64,000 nucleotides of DNA from Vicugna vicugna (taxonomy: Eukaryota): contig MU058384.1 of the NCBI GenBank assembly GCA_013265495.1, positions 1,675,690-1,739,689 on the forward strand, written 5' to 3'. Positions 38,549 through 51,524 of the stretch are shown here, in pieces. Numbering within the stretch: position 1 is the stretch's first letter; each line of letters opens with the position of its first letter. Position numbers and translations under genes: made by a program. Under the pieces are notes generated by a model. The model did no database searches. It was not told the origin of the DNA and was given only the letters and a program-made list of their open reading frames with translations.

Positions 38549-38830
38549 CTGTTTCTCCAGAGCTGGACTAAACAGGTCTGACCAGGACACTTGAAGGCTT
38601 GTGAATAAGTTCACACACTTTGTGTGAAAGGCAGGTGGAAAGACCTGGGTGCTGGTATCTCTGTGTGAATATACACACACGTATGCAGGGGTCACATATA
38701 TGACTTCAGAAGCAGTAGGTGTGAAGATGTTCTTCTTCATTCTCAAGCAAGCTCCAGGATGATGGAAAGAACTCGCTGCCAGACAGGAATGATGTCACGG
38801 CGCTGAGCAGTTCGAATTGGCTACTTCCCT
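38549..38830 (-). other. Candidate alternative promoter and first coding exon (64 codons MKKNIFTPT...ALEKQ, phase-0 donor)
   Basis: agaATG at 38740 open to CAG|GTAAGA after 38549; upstream GGAAGT, CCAAT, TGCTCAGC, TGACATCA, CATTCCT motifs with retained CpGs. Confidence 0.35.
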
Positions 38831-39933
38831 GAAAATCTCTAGAAACAAATCTTTTTCCACATAGCCTTATCCAGAACAGTGCCAAATTAGTGTACATTCT
38901 GCAAATCCTGAATTGGGATCATAATTCAGGAACATGGTTATTTTTACCCCACTGAGCTCCGTAAGCATCAAGGCCTGATAGCCACAGGCTCCTTCAACAC
39001 GTGTCTGAACTTCTCTCAACCCAGCTTTGCTTTTAAGCTAGAAATTATGTCTTTCTGCCTCCTAATTGTCAGAGAAGTGAAAACAGTTGATGAAGTACGT
39101 TGTAATTTCCAATTCACAGCATTAACGCTTATACTCATAAGTCTGAAATGTATCATTTTTCACAGAGGCAAAGTGTGGAAAGTAATATATGACTAAGGAG
39201 TACAAATTTTGTTATGCATTTTTGCCCCACTATGAGCACGTGGGCCAAATTATAAAGTGACCAAAGTCAGATATATAACTACTCTTTCTTGGTATTATAA
39301 GTGACAAACAACTTACATAAAAATTAAAACCACTTTCACTATTAATATTTTTTAAAAGTTTGTGAGAACATATTTTCCTCCTAAGATCATAAATTTCTTT
39401 ACAGTTCATCAAAAGAGATGATGTACGTGAAAGTGTCTTGCAAATTGTGGATGTCATTTAAACATAAGGAATATTCCGATTATTACATCTGTCTTCTAAT
39501 TTTAATCATAATCTATCCTTTATTTGCAGCACAGGTAAAGAAATGTATGTTGATCAGGCAAAATATTCCAGGAAACAGGACTAAAATACAACAGTCTTGT
39601 CACAGTTCTTCACTCCATTAGTATTTATTGCATGTTTATTGTGCATACTGATGTTATATGACTTGAGAAGCATCTTGAATAACATACTCCTCAACAATGT
39701 AAAATCTCCTCTCACCCAAACACCAAGAGGTTAGAAAACAAAACAAGAAGCCAGTATCCCTGAAATCCTCAGCTGGCATCCACTTGGCTCTGCTGAATCC
39801 AAAGTGGCGAATGATGAGGAAGATTTGGATAGAGATGCCCATAGGCAGAGCCTACGTGTCCAATAGGCACACCAGGCCCCATGCTGAGTCCATGATGCTT
39901 TTAGTTACCTATGAACATGTTCTGATGTCTTTT

Positions 39934-40051
39934 ATTTATTTTTTAACTTATCTATTTATTTATTTTAGTTAATGGAGGTACTGGAGATTGGACAAGGGAC
40001 TTGGCGCATGCTAAGCATGCACTCTACCCCTGAGCTAAACCCCCCATCCCC
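39934..40051 (-). mobile_element. tRNA-Ala(AGC)-derived camelid SINE (Vic-1 type)
   Basis: Minus strand GGGGGGTTTAGCTCAGGGGTAGAGTGCATGCTTAGCATGC...CAGTACCTCCA plus A-rich tail; 16-bp TSD tgttctRatgtctttt (39918-39933, 40052-40067). Confidence 0.9.
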
Positions 40052-40194
40052 TGTTCTAATGTCTTTTAAAATCAGGAGAAAGGGGACTTTTAAGTCAAAG
40101 AATGTTTCAATATATAATGTTAACACATTCATTTTTGTATCAATATGATCATAAAATATATTTTTTAATTTTTTTTAATGGAGGAAAGAGCCTA

Positions 40195-40280
40195 ACTTGT
40201 TGCTGCTGTAACAAGTTAGGACAAACTTGGTGTCATTATCGTACAGTTTTGGTGGTCAAAAGTCCAAAATGGGTTTCATA
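40195..40280 (-). mobile_element. MLT1 (MaLR) LTR terminal fragment
   Basis: ttgctgctgtaacaa...acaaacttggtg...cagttttggtggtcaaaagtccaaaatggg. Confidence 0.6.
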
Positions 40281-42624
40281 AGTCTAGAAACATGTACGTT
40301 TGTTCCTCATAGAGAGGAGGAATCAAGGGCCCTACATCATAATAGGGTTGGCAAGAGCCCTATTGAAGTTAGAGGCTAGGTCTTATTGGGAACCTCTGGT
40401 ACTACACCATCTGATGGAGGGGTGTGAGAATCCCTCCCACCTTCTGCTCATGAATATACACTGAGCCCACCAGCTCATTCACTGTAGAATAAACCTTCTA
40501 AAGCCAATGCCCATGGCCACAGGCAAATGGAACAGGATGGTCAAGATACCTCCACTCAGTTCATTGGAAGTTTTCTAGAGATCACTAGATTATCTCTTGT
40601 TCCAAACCTGGTTTGCTGAGGCCACAGCAATATGATCTTAAGATGACCTTTAAGAATCTGAGGGACACATTTTCAGGATTGGAATTATAATTACAAGAAG
40701 AATGTGCAAGGCAGCTAGCTATTCCTGGCACCGTAATAGGCAAGAGGTGATGTTTATGAAAACAAACTCAAGTTGAGTAATGGTCCAGTGGAATTTACCC
40801 TGCCAGGGAAGACCATTGGGCTAACAGAACCCATGGTTTCCTTTACTACAAGGGACTTTTCTCTCCATAGTATTGTGTAATTGACTCACATCTCCTCATT
40901 TTTCCTTTAGCAAACCCAGACACAGTCCCAGAGATGCCAAGTCCCCACATAGTTCATTTTTTTTATTAGATTCTTGACACACAGAGACACATTTGCAGTC
41001 TGTAGTTTAAACAACAGTCTGGGAAACTTTTGCAATTGTGGGATCTAATTTCAACTCCCCTGTAATCCATTCCTCTGTATTACCATCTATAAAATGGATA
41101 TAGCAATAATAAACCAAGTCATGAAATTATTTATGGGAATAACCACTGATGGGATTGTATGGCACTTCACACACATAAAATCCTAAATAGTCCAAGCAAT
41201 AAAAAGTAACATTTCCCCCGTGACATCTCCATGAAAGCCAGTTTCTTCTGAACTAGTACAAATTTTCCACAGAGATGACAAACCTCAGTACTGCACAGAT
41301 AGATGGGAAATGTAAACGTGACAGAAAAACAAAGCAGCATAATTAAATCTGAATTTGAAAGCTGGAATTTTATCACTATCATAATATATCGAGCAATCTT
41401 CCTTTATTTTTTTTTTCAGTCTTCTTCTTTTGTCAGTTACTACATATTGTATTTTGTTTTTCTTACCGTCATGAGGGAAAAAAAAAATCAGGAGACTATT
41501 TTACAGACAGACCCTCCAAATAATTCCTGAGTCTTTTGGTGAAAAATTAGGTCTTCAAAAAACTTCTCCAAGGGAAAACTCTTTGAAGGGTTTTTGTTTG
41601 TTTGTTTGTTTTGCCATTGGGTAACTAGAGATTTTGATTATTTGCATTACTTTAAAATGTCTTCATTCTCTAAAGCCTGATAATAATAAGTATTATTGTA
41701 GGAGACTCTTTTGATACATAACAGAAAACTAACAAATAATAATGTGAAATACATATGGAATGCCTGACTGAGGAGGACTGAAACGGGGAAGGGATGGTTA
41801 AAATGAAAAACTGACAACTGAAATTTGGTGCAATTTTATATTTTTAAGGGAAAAAAATAATTCTCCACCACGGATAGGTAATTTTTACAAAGACAAGGTT
41901 TAAAAAGAGTGAAAGAGCAAAGTCAGGAAGGTCGAGGTGTTAAGTGGATTTCTGCAGAGAAATTACATAATAACACTTTGGAAAGAAGATTTAGGTGAAA
42001 CTGGAATAATGACATCCTGAATACTGTTTGTCCACAGAGTAGAAATTTCTCCCTCTGCAGCGCCTTCTACCTCACCTCTGCAAGACAGGACAGTGAACAG
42101 AGAGAACAGAAGAGAAGTATATCCGACTTACAACAGAAAAGAGGGGAGAAACCCTGAGTGTGGGATGTTATTCCAAAATATTCCTGGACATTCCCTAGAT
42201 TTTTTGCTTTTTCCATTTTGCTGCTGTACTTGCCCAACCATGCTGGGGTGTAATGCTATTTCAGACATGAGTTAACAGGTCTCTTACATACACACATTTC
42301 CACATTCCAGTGAGACCTATTATATCCTTTTCCTCCCTACCCCCCCCCACACAAACTCTCCTCTTCCTCCACCCACACAGTACCCTCTCTCTCCACTCAT
42401 TTTTCCTTGTTGTTTTACACTTCCCAATGACTGAATGTTTCCAAGGCCATGCAAACCCACAGGACTGAAAAAGGTTTCCTACCACGTGACACGGTTGATT
42501 CTGCAAACGAAACGGCTGCAGCCAGAGAGCAGGTAAAACAGAGCAAATGGTAAGGAAAAGGAAGCCCTTTGACTTGGCTGATAATTAAGTGAGGAGGTGG
42601 GCAGGCCTCCAGCACCTTCTACTC

Positions 42625-42778
42625 ACCCTGTGACATGTGGACCAACAACATCAGCTGGGCTCTTGTCAGAAATGCAGAAACTCAGGGCTCACTTGGATTC
42701 AGACCTACTGAACCTGAAGCTGCATTTTAACAGGACCCTGTGATGATTCAGGGGCATTAAGGATAGAGAAACACTTCC
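42625..42778. mobile_element. MER5A (hAT-Charlie MITE)
   Basis: catcagctggg...ttgtcagaaatgcaga...cagacctactgaacc...ctgcattttaacagg. Confidence 0.8.
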
Positions 42779-44314
42779 CTGTATCCTCTCCTTCCACCAG
42801 AATCCTAAAGAAATTGGCCAATAATTCAAACATTTGTATCCAACAGGGGAAAAATTATAACTTCCCTTGATAACATATTTCAGGAACTATTAGCCTTAGT
42901 AATCAAGATGCAGTTACACTCCTCCTCACCCTTTCATTTACTACCCTTCTCATAATTTACTAGGATTTTCTTTGCTTTACATGCAGATCTCCCCTCTTCC
43001 AACAACTTCATCTCAATGCAAGAAAACTACAGTCTAAAATGTAGGCTTTGGAACAGAACCTAAGACTCCCAAACCCTCTGCCCAGATATTTAGTCCTGTG
43101 ATGGGCCCCCGACCCCTGACTCCCGGTGAAATCTGCTCACAGAGGGGGAGAAGGGGGAGAGGAGTATTACGCCTCCCAGAGTCATTTTCATTCAACTCAA
43201 AAGAAATTACTGAATATACAGTATTTGGTAAAGGACATGAAAATTTGTTTTTTCCTTTTTATGCTAAATAGTTGTGCTAGAGGATGTCCAGGAACACCTA
43301 CATCACAGCTGATAAGCGTCCGCCCTCTTCATAAGACCAGTCCTGCCCTCACTACAGAGGGGAAGGGGGAGGGTGGAATCACTTGGGGTTGTGTTGGAAA
43401 GTGCGTTCTAGAACTTGGAAGCAATGGAAAAAAACAAGTGAAGAACCAGGGCAGAGTTACGCAAAGTCATGTCAAAAAAAAAAAAAAGAGAGAGAATTAC
43501 TCTATGGAAATATGAATCAATCTGAAAAGGGGTTCACTGCCATAGAAGCATAGTAAAGGAGAGTCCCAGAGGCAGAGAGTGGGAGGGCCCATCCAAGCAC
43601 TCTGGGAAGGGCACTCTCTGTCATCAGATTTCGAGTGTAAGCTTTTCCAGTCCCACTGAAACTTCATCCTTATGGTAGAGATGGATACAAAACGTATGAC
43701 CACAGACTATTTCTGGTTCCATTCAAAAGGCCATTCTTAGTATGGCTTGGATGTTTCAAACTAACTTAACCTGATATTGCTAGTCATCCAATTTCTCTAA
43801 ATCCTACTTTTCAGGTTGTGCCCTACAAAAAAATTAAATTAATATTTGATTTTCCTTAAAGTTTTATTACAGCAAGGAAAGGACTAATCATGTGGATTCC
43901 ACTATCCTGGTTCTTAATGCCATTAACTTTTCACAGTGAATGAATGGGCTGACTTTCTAAGTTATACATCAGTCTTAACACCTGGGTTAATGTGAGTCTC
44001 CCCATGAGAAAGGGACATCCAGTCAAGATCCCCACAAACAGTCTTTCTGGATGTAAAATCCCAGGGGCTAGACAGATCATGATAACTTAGTCAAAGCCCA
44101 AATGGCTGCTTTAGTAAGCCTGTCCAGAGACAGCCCTGGGCCCTTTGCCTCTGGTGACTACGTTATTATTAACATGGGATTATAATTAATCTCTAAGGTC
44201 TGTAGTCCGTAAACTTTTAAAACTCCTTAGAACTATTTGTTCCTCATACAGTTCCGGGAATGCTATGGGGATATCAAAAGACAACCATAACGTTGTCAAG
44301 TTCATCTCTCTTTT

Positions 44315-45410
44315 TCAACAAATAGTTTCTGTTTCTCCCAGTGCCTGGCACTGAGTAATGCTGGGAGCACTTTGAATCAGGGAAACAGACAAATTAGAAT
44401 CTACAATGTAATGTGTTAGGATCATAACTGAAGAAGGTCAGAAATGCAGTGTGCACAGGAGAAGAGGTGCCCAAATCTTTCTGGGGGCTTCAGGAAAGTT
44501 TTGTAAAGGAGAGCCGCATTTGCATTGAGACTAGAAAGGTGAAAAGCCATCTGGTCAAGTAGGTGTTTAGGGAGAGAATCTGACTGGATCTGCAAAGTAA
44601 AATAGCTGAAGCTGTAGCACAGTTAACACCGCAAGAACAGTAAGGGGAAGAAACAACTAGGATTGTTGGTAACTGAGGAAAAAAGTAAGAATAGATCCTG
44701 TAGCCTTGCTACTAAAGTCTAGTCTGTGGATCAGCAGCATCAGCTGGAATCTTACCGGAAATACACACTCTCAGGCCCCATCTGAATCAGGGTTTCTAAG
44801 TCAGACGCTGCATTTTGGCATGTTTGGAGAAGGGCATGTACTTCCACTGGTTAGATGGTAAGTCAGTAAGGAATAGGAGGAGATGAGCCTAACAAGTGAT
44901 GCAGGGCTAGCTCACAAAGGATCATATCTGCCATGCACAAGGGCAACTTTAAGAACTTTTGATTGGAGAGAGGTTAGATTTGCATATTCAGTATGTCTCT
45001 AATAGAAGGATAGAGAATGGATTGGATCTAAGATAAGTCCACTAGCTCTGCCAAAAAAAAAAAAAGTCTAAAATAAGGCAGCGGAGTGGAAAGAGAGAGA
45101 CAGAGACATTTCAGAGGCAGACAGGACAAGAACTGATGATTGATAAGTCTGAGGAGCATGCTTCCCAAGTTTCTGACTTGGTTACGCAATTGGATAAGGG
45201 TCCCATTCATACAGATTTTAAGAACGAGAGGAAATGTAAGTTTGGGGGGTCAGAACAATTTCTTTCGGATGTGTTGACTAAGAGGAGTTTTGCACACAAG
45301 CCGTACGTAGAACGGTCTACTACGAGTTTGAACCTGTGCTAAGGAGGTACAGACACACAGACCTGGAAGTCATCAACACAGGGAGTAGCGGATACCATGA
45401 ATAGAGATAT
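44315..45410 (-). mobile_element. L2 element with a MER5A insertion (about 44700-44838)
   Basis: caacaaatag...gtgcctggcactg L2 tail; MER5A gtggatcagcagcatcagctgg...ctcaggcccc...ctgcatttt; L2 resumes to gaagtcatcaac. Confidence 0.7.
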
Positions 45411-45799
45411 TATTCTGTACTTTTTTGTGAAAATTCCACCCCTAATTATCTCTAAAATATTTCTGCCAAAATCCTACTTCATTATGGTTCTACCTTGGAT
45501 GGGATGGTTGTGCATGAATCTGATTTTAAAATGCATACTAATAGTTTCTGAAAATTAACATGTTTCCCATCCCAAGAAGTACATGTGGATTTTACAAGAA
45601 TGTTTATCTAGTGCCTAAATTTAGAATACACCCAAGGATACATAATTCCTTGGCAATTTCCAACACCATGGCACACCAATAACAGGCATTCTTAGAAAAC
45701 AGATGAGTTTTATGTTGATCCTCCTCCTACACTACTAAATGGAAAGCAACCAGTCACTGCTCTGCCTCGTTCCACCCAAGAAAAGTCTTGTTAAAACCA

Positions 45800-45985
45800 G
45801 GGATGAAGTGATATGATGTCTGGGGTTGTCTTTAAAATAATCCAGTGGCATTCAAGGAGAGAGGAAAGGGAACATGTAGACCAAGACTGGTCATGAGTTG
45901 ACAATTGTCAGAGCTGCATGAATTGTACTTGGAGTTATTCTCGTGTATGTTTCAAATTTCTATGATAAAATGTTTGCTTGTTTGT
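45800..45985 (+). mobile_element. L1M 3' UTR terminal fragment
   Basis: gatatgatgtctgggg...ttaaaataatccag...gtcatgagttgacaattg...gtatgtttcaaatttc. Confidence 0.7.
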
Positions 45986-46944
45986 TTGCTTTAAATACCA
46001 GGAATGATAACTGAAGTCTGAACTTCTTGCTCTGAACCAGTCATATTTGACCTAACATCTTGCTCTGGACAAATCAGATTTCTAAGGACAGGGCAGGACA
46101 CAAAGTAAGTAACAGTTTTATCTTTGGATTTGCCAATAGTCTGAAACTATCACTCTTTGCTTAAGGCGTTTTTGTCATTCCAATTAATCCAACATCATTC
46201 AACACATTCATTAACATTATACTTACTACATCTTCCAAATCATAATTAATAGAAATAAGACCAAGTATTTTATGGTGGCATAAATCACTGGGAGAATCTT
46301 CTCAATTATATAGTTGATGAAAAGCAATAAATGATAATAATTCTGCAAATTCACCTCAAGATGATCCTCAAAAGATCCATAAGGTGCATTCATTTAATTT
46401 AAATTCCTACAGAGCACACTGAAATGTCTCCAATATTTCAAAAACCAAAGTTAAAAGGAGAAAATATAATGGCAGTTATGTCTAATTTGGCTTTTAATTT
46501 ATTGGTGGGAAAAAGATTTTTCATGAGATATGCTTATAAATAGAGTCTCCAAGTCTCTCTCTGTGTTTGCCAGTTAGAAATAAATTGAACAAAAAAAGTT
46601 TTTTTAAAACATTGGAAAAATTGGCACAATGACAAAAATTCCTAACATCAAGTGAGAAAGAAATGTGTGTTTATTTTTGATGCCATAATACACCATTAAA
46701 AATCATATAGGAATAAAGAATCAATAAGGTGATTGGCAGTATTACCCATTGCTGTGAAAAGGATTCCTGAGTAAAAAGGCTGAGAAATAATTAATGCTGT
46801 TCTTCAATCCACATTGATATTCTTACCCAAATATGTCTGAATAAATGTTTTATAAAGTAATGCACATAATTAAATATATCTAAAAATATATCTGAAATAA
46901 TTTGACTATTGCATGAATAGAATATATTTTTTCCTTTATTATAC

Positions 46945-47510
46945 CATTTGCTCAGGTTACTTGCCTGTTTCTTTTCAGAACCATTCCTCATTTTTCCCTG
47001 ATCTGCACCGTATTTCAAGGAACAAAGTCTGTAAACTACATTTCCCAGGATCCCTTTCAGACTGACTTCCTGTTAGGTTTGGCCAATGGGAGGCATTTGT
47101 GGGTGATTTGACGGTAGGGAGAAGGAAGAAGCCAGAGTATTTTTTTCTCCTCTTTCTCCTTTGGGTAGTGACTGTATCTCCTACGTAGACCAGTTTCCAT
47201 CAGAGAGCTTCTCCCTTTGTGGTTCTAATCCCTAAAAGATAGCCCCTCCCACTCCTCTAAGTGATGCTGTTCCAGTTCCTACCCAGTAGTGCTGGCCTTG
47301 GAACCCAGGTAACACGACTTTCTGCCTTGGTTCCTCCAGCTCTAAAGGTGAGAGAGGATTCCTGCTATTGCTAACTTCTGGCTACCTTCCTTCCCCTGTC
47401 TGACTTCTAAGCACTCCTAACATATTTTGCAGTTATTTCCCCATAATAAATGTGTTCATTGAAACATATGTTGTACAAACTGTTTTCCTGATTGGCCTGC
47501 CTAACATACT
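46945..47510 (+). mobile_element. LTR33-like (ERVL) solo LTR inside an L1ME remnant (about 46610-47560)
   Basis: aactacatttcccagg...ggtttggccaatgggaggc...cctgctattgctaac...aataaa...ctgttttcctg. Confidence 0.7.
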
Positions 47511-47999
47511 TTTCATCTTTAATTCTGCAATTTTATAGTCTTTTTAAAAAAGACATTATATATGTTGGCATAATTTTTACCCTTATAAAATGATTCTATT
47601 TATGACCAATTGCTTCTTAAATGGCCGCAGGTATTCCTACCAGCAATTCTATGATTTTGCCGAGTACTGATGAAAGGCTGTTTCCAGACATCTGGAAGAG
47701 ACTTTTGTTTTAAAAATTGGCATCAATGTTGTTCTATTTTGCCCAGAGGGTTGGTCAATAATTACATATTAATTTCTTCCCACATGTGGAATACTAAAGA
47801 GTAGATTTTAAAAATATGAGCCCTCTCTGAAAAGAAACTTTCCACCTTGCTACAGAACATGGTACATACTCACTGCAAAAGGCTATAGGACATTAGTAAA
47901 CATATGTTTGCATTACAATATAATATCTACATATGCCTTCACTTGCTTGTGCAATAGGTGCATTCCTGAAAAGTTAAATGTAAATCTAGTCAAATATCA

Positions 48000-48370
48000 T
48001 TCTGTTAAGTAATGCAGAATAGAAACAATATTGAGGTTTATAAAATAAAAGTCCACTGTTCTATTTCTTTCCTCCTTCAATTCTCTTTCAGCTTTGCTAA
48101 TTGTATTCCCCAGAGGTGGATATTATTTACAATCTGGTGTCTGTTTATCCAGATACTTTTCAATACATGTATTAATCGTTTCACTTATTCAACAAATATT
48201 TATAAGTATCTACCACAGACTGTTACATGAAGTTTATATTCTAATGGGGAGACCATGACAAATAAACATAAATCCGTAGTATTCAGGGAGTAACAGAAGC
48301 TAAGAAGGAAAATAGAGCAGAGTAATGGGCAGAGACTACGGGGAAAAGAGAAGGAGCAGGCTTTCTATTT
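48000..48370 (-). mobile_element. L1ME 3' fragment followed by L2 tail
   Basis: ccccagaggtg...ttatccagatac; cacttattcaacaaatatttataagtatctac. Confidence 0.5.
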
Positions 48371-48859
48371 TAGTGCCTTCTCAAGAGTCTGTTGTTCTAC
48401 AAATTTTAGGGGGTTTTCCTTTAGATACAAATGTTTAAATGATTGACAACCACCTCTTTTAATCTTTCATAGTAGGAAAATGATCTAGATAATCTCTTGA
48501 GGTTTCTTTCCGTCCTATCATTTTGCTACCAACAACTGCACAATTAACCACATAATTAACAACTCTATTTTTAGAAATTTGTTCAAATTTTAATATTCAT
48601 AAAATCCTAACAGTTTCATGGTCCTTAGCCCCTTATTCTCTTTCCATTCTAACAAACAGATTCTTTCTGTTCCTCAGCCCGCCAGCCTCACAAATTACTG
48701 ACTTGGGTCACATGGGCATTCAATGTAGAAATAAATCAATAACATGTTTACACTGGGAAAGCTATGCAACTTGTCTGACAGTTTCACTACACCCTTCTCA
48801 GATTCTCAGAGTGCCTGACACGCCCAGAACTTCCTGCAGAAAGCTTCTGATATATCAAA

Positions 48860-49370
48860 TGCTAAGTGTCATCACAACCTGGCCATAAATTTGTGGACAG
48901 GGGTCAGCTCCTGAGCCAAGGGCAGCTGGCTCCAGACTGGCCATCAGCTCATGCGAGACCAACACCAAACATCTGCCCTCACCAGGTGCCTTAAACCAGA
49001 TCCCTTCGGATACTGTCTCATGGGGAATGTAAATCCGAGGCTTGTGACTATGTCAGCAAACATAGAGCACTATGGAAATAAGTGTGCAGTAGATGTCAGA
49101 AAGCAGTGGAAGCAGAGCATAATAAGAAGGTGTGTGCCATCGAGAATAAACGTGGAGAGGAAATTGAACTATGCAGAAAAAGCAGACAGAGGAGTGCCGT
49201 CCCAAGGACAAGGGATGCTGCTGGGTCACCAGGTGTCCTGCCAGCCTCCCTGGAGCATCACTGTATCCCAGATGCCTGGGATTTTCTGGCCTATGTGTGA
49301 GCTAAGATAGTCTTGGGTCCTCATTACTTCCCCAGGATTTATTCTTCCTTAAAACCCTGTTAACTGACGT
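48860..49370 (+). mobile_element. Old MaLR LTR (MLT1K/L-like), degenerate
   Basis: gggtcagctcctgagccaagggcag...ccagatcccttc...ctgggattttc...tgtgagctaa. Confidence 0.4.
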
Positions 49371-49659
49371 CACCTGATAATAGCTATCAGGATTAAAGCA
49401 GGATTAAAACTGTGTTTAAGGAAGTTTGCCAATATCATTTATGCAACAAGATGAGCTTCTCTGCCTGACTACTGAAGTCAGTTAACAATAACACATTCCA
49501 AAGTTTCATTATATGTAGAGCACTCTGGAAAACATCAATGACATGGCCCACAGGGATATTATGACCCAATGAAAGGGAAACATTTAAGTATTAATGCTCT
49601 GGACAAAGGTTTACAGGAAGTTTAGCCCACAAACATACTGCATCATTGCAATAGATGTA

Positions 49660-50105
49660 GTCATGATGAAGAACATAGGATCTACACTGCCAGGGTTCAG
49701 GCCCCAGCTGCCCTGCTTAGAAGTGTTCTCACCCAGGGTAAATTACTACCACCTTTCTACACCTAAGCATGCTCATTAGTAAAATGGGGACACCTGAGAC
49801 AGTGGCGTGAGGAGTAAATAAATGTGCAATAAGCTTACTGCTACACCAGCATTTATAGCTTATGATAGTTGAAAAGATGGACTATACAAATACAAACACT
49901 GAGAATGGTAAAGAGAAAAAAACATTGTTTCAATTATATATTTATCTTTTACATGTGTGCTAGTGTCTTACTATGCACAAAGGCTCCCACACATGACTGT
50001 AAGTCAGAGACATATTTAAATTTCATTATCATTGTCTCTCGGCAACTGCCACAATTTCTAGCACATAATAGGTACTTGATAATATTTGTTAAAGTAATAA
50101 ATGGA
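49660..50105 (+). mobile_element. MIR followed by L2 tail
   Basis: ctgccagggttcaggccccagct...gtaaaatgggg; ctagcacataataggtacttgataatatttgtt. Confidence 0.6.
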
Positions 50106-51301
50106 TCATCTAAGCCATGTTTGTATCCTATTGTCAATACATTCAATTAATAACAGCGCGGCCCCATTTTTCCCTTTTTATCTTTCCAATATAGATTTTA
50201 TCTATTCACCTTGCTACTTCATTTATCTGAGAATTAAGTTTCCTCAGCAACAGTGCAAGGGGATTCAAACTTGCTATGACCATATTCCTACTTGACAAAG
50301 CATTTCTCCCACTTACAAGTCTTTTCTATCTATTCTTTAAGCGTAAACAATTTCTGTCGTCTATTCTTCATTCTGGATTCTGCCAGAAACAGAGTAGGAA
50401 AACCCTAGATCACCCAGTACCCAGTGTGCACCTGGGTTCCCCATCGATGGCCTCTGCATCTGTTATAACTGATCTACCATGACCCGAGTGCACACAAGAG
50501 TAGTGCTGGAATTCCTCATGGCATCCTTAGATCTCTTATTGGCCACATCCTTTGCCCTGACTTTAAGAGGAAGCCAACCGTCTCTCCTCTGGCCTGTGCC
50601 ACAGATGTCTTCCATATCAATACCATCTGTGATCCCCATGGAAATGATAGTTAAAATTTGTTGCATCTGTTATTGGACCTATCTTTGCAGTAGGAGTAAT
50701 GAAATTTGGCTGCCAAACTAATTCATTTTTATGCAGATAGCCCAAAATAAACTGTAATTAAAACACTAAAGGTAGACACAACTGGGAGATACAAAACAAA
50801 TGTGTGAAAGAGTTCTTTTTCAATGAAGAACCACGATGATTTTGAAAAATATCAACTCCAAGAGCTATTTATAATCTAAGCTAGTAGAAAATAAAATTAT
50901 GGAAAGACAGCTTTTATTGGTAGACCTGAAACTGTGGAAATAAATACAGTGCTTGAGAACCTGAAATATGCTCTTTCTAAAGCACTATTTTTATAGTAGA
51001 ATTGGGAGGCGACTATCATTTTGTTATTATTTTAATTATTGTGAACATATGGGGTAAAGAGAGGGAACATAAAAGTGACTGCAGTTAAAGTATATCAACA
51101 AGAGTCAATAAATTTATTTTCTAAAGGATCATAAAAATTATAATTCTATCACTCAAAATTAAAGATATTTAATTTATATGTTGAGTTGGTAATTTTAAGA
51201 TTTTCAAATAATGTATTTTATGTTAGTTAAATAAAATGTTGAGAGTTTTCAAGTGACAAAATAAGTTTGATGTTGTGGTTTATCAAAAATATATTCTTGC
51301 A

Positions 51302-51524
51302 GATACTAACTAATATATACAAAACAGATAAATAATAAGTTTATGCTGTATATCACATGGAACTATATTCAATACCCTGTAGTAACTTATGGTGATAAAG
51401 AATATGAAAATGAATATATGTATGTTCACATATGACTGAAGCATTATGCTATACACCAGAAAATGACACATTGTAAACTGACTATACTTCAATAAAAACA
51501 TATATACCAATACAATATATATAT
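51302..51524 (+). mobile_element. Young 5'-truncated artiodactyl/camelid L1 3' end
   Basis: ggaactatattcaataccctgtagtaac...gactgaagcattatgctatacaccagaa...acttcAATAAA; perfect 13-bp TSD atatattcttgca (51289-51301, 51525-51537). Confidence 0.85.

Noticed and set aside
39811..39887. C/D box snoRNA (ATGATGA...CTGA, 77 nt)
   Set aside because: Poor terminal stem, no recognisable rRNA/snRNA antisense element; such motif pairs are common by chance
39974..40046. tRNA-Ala gene
   Set aside because: TSD, A-rich tail and degenerate B box show a SINE; the 59978-60100 copy is also a SINE
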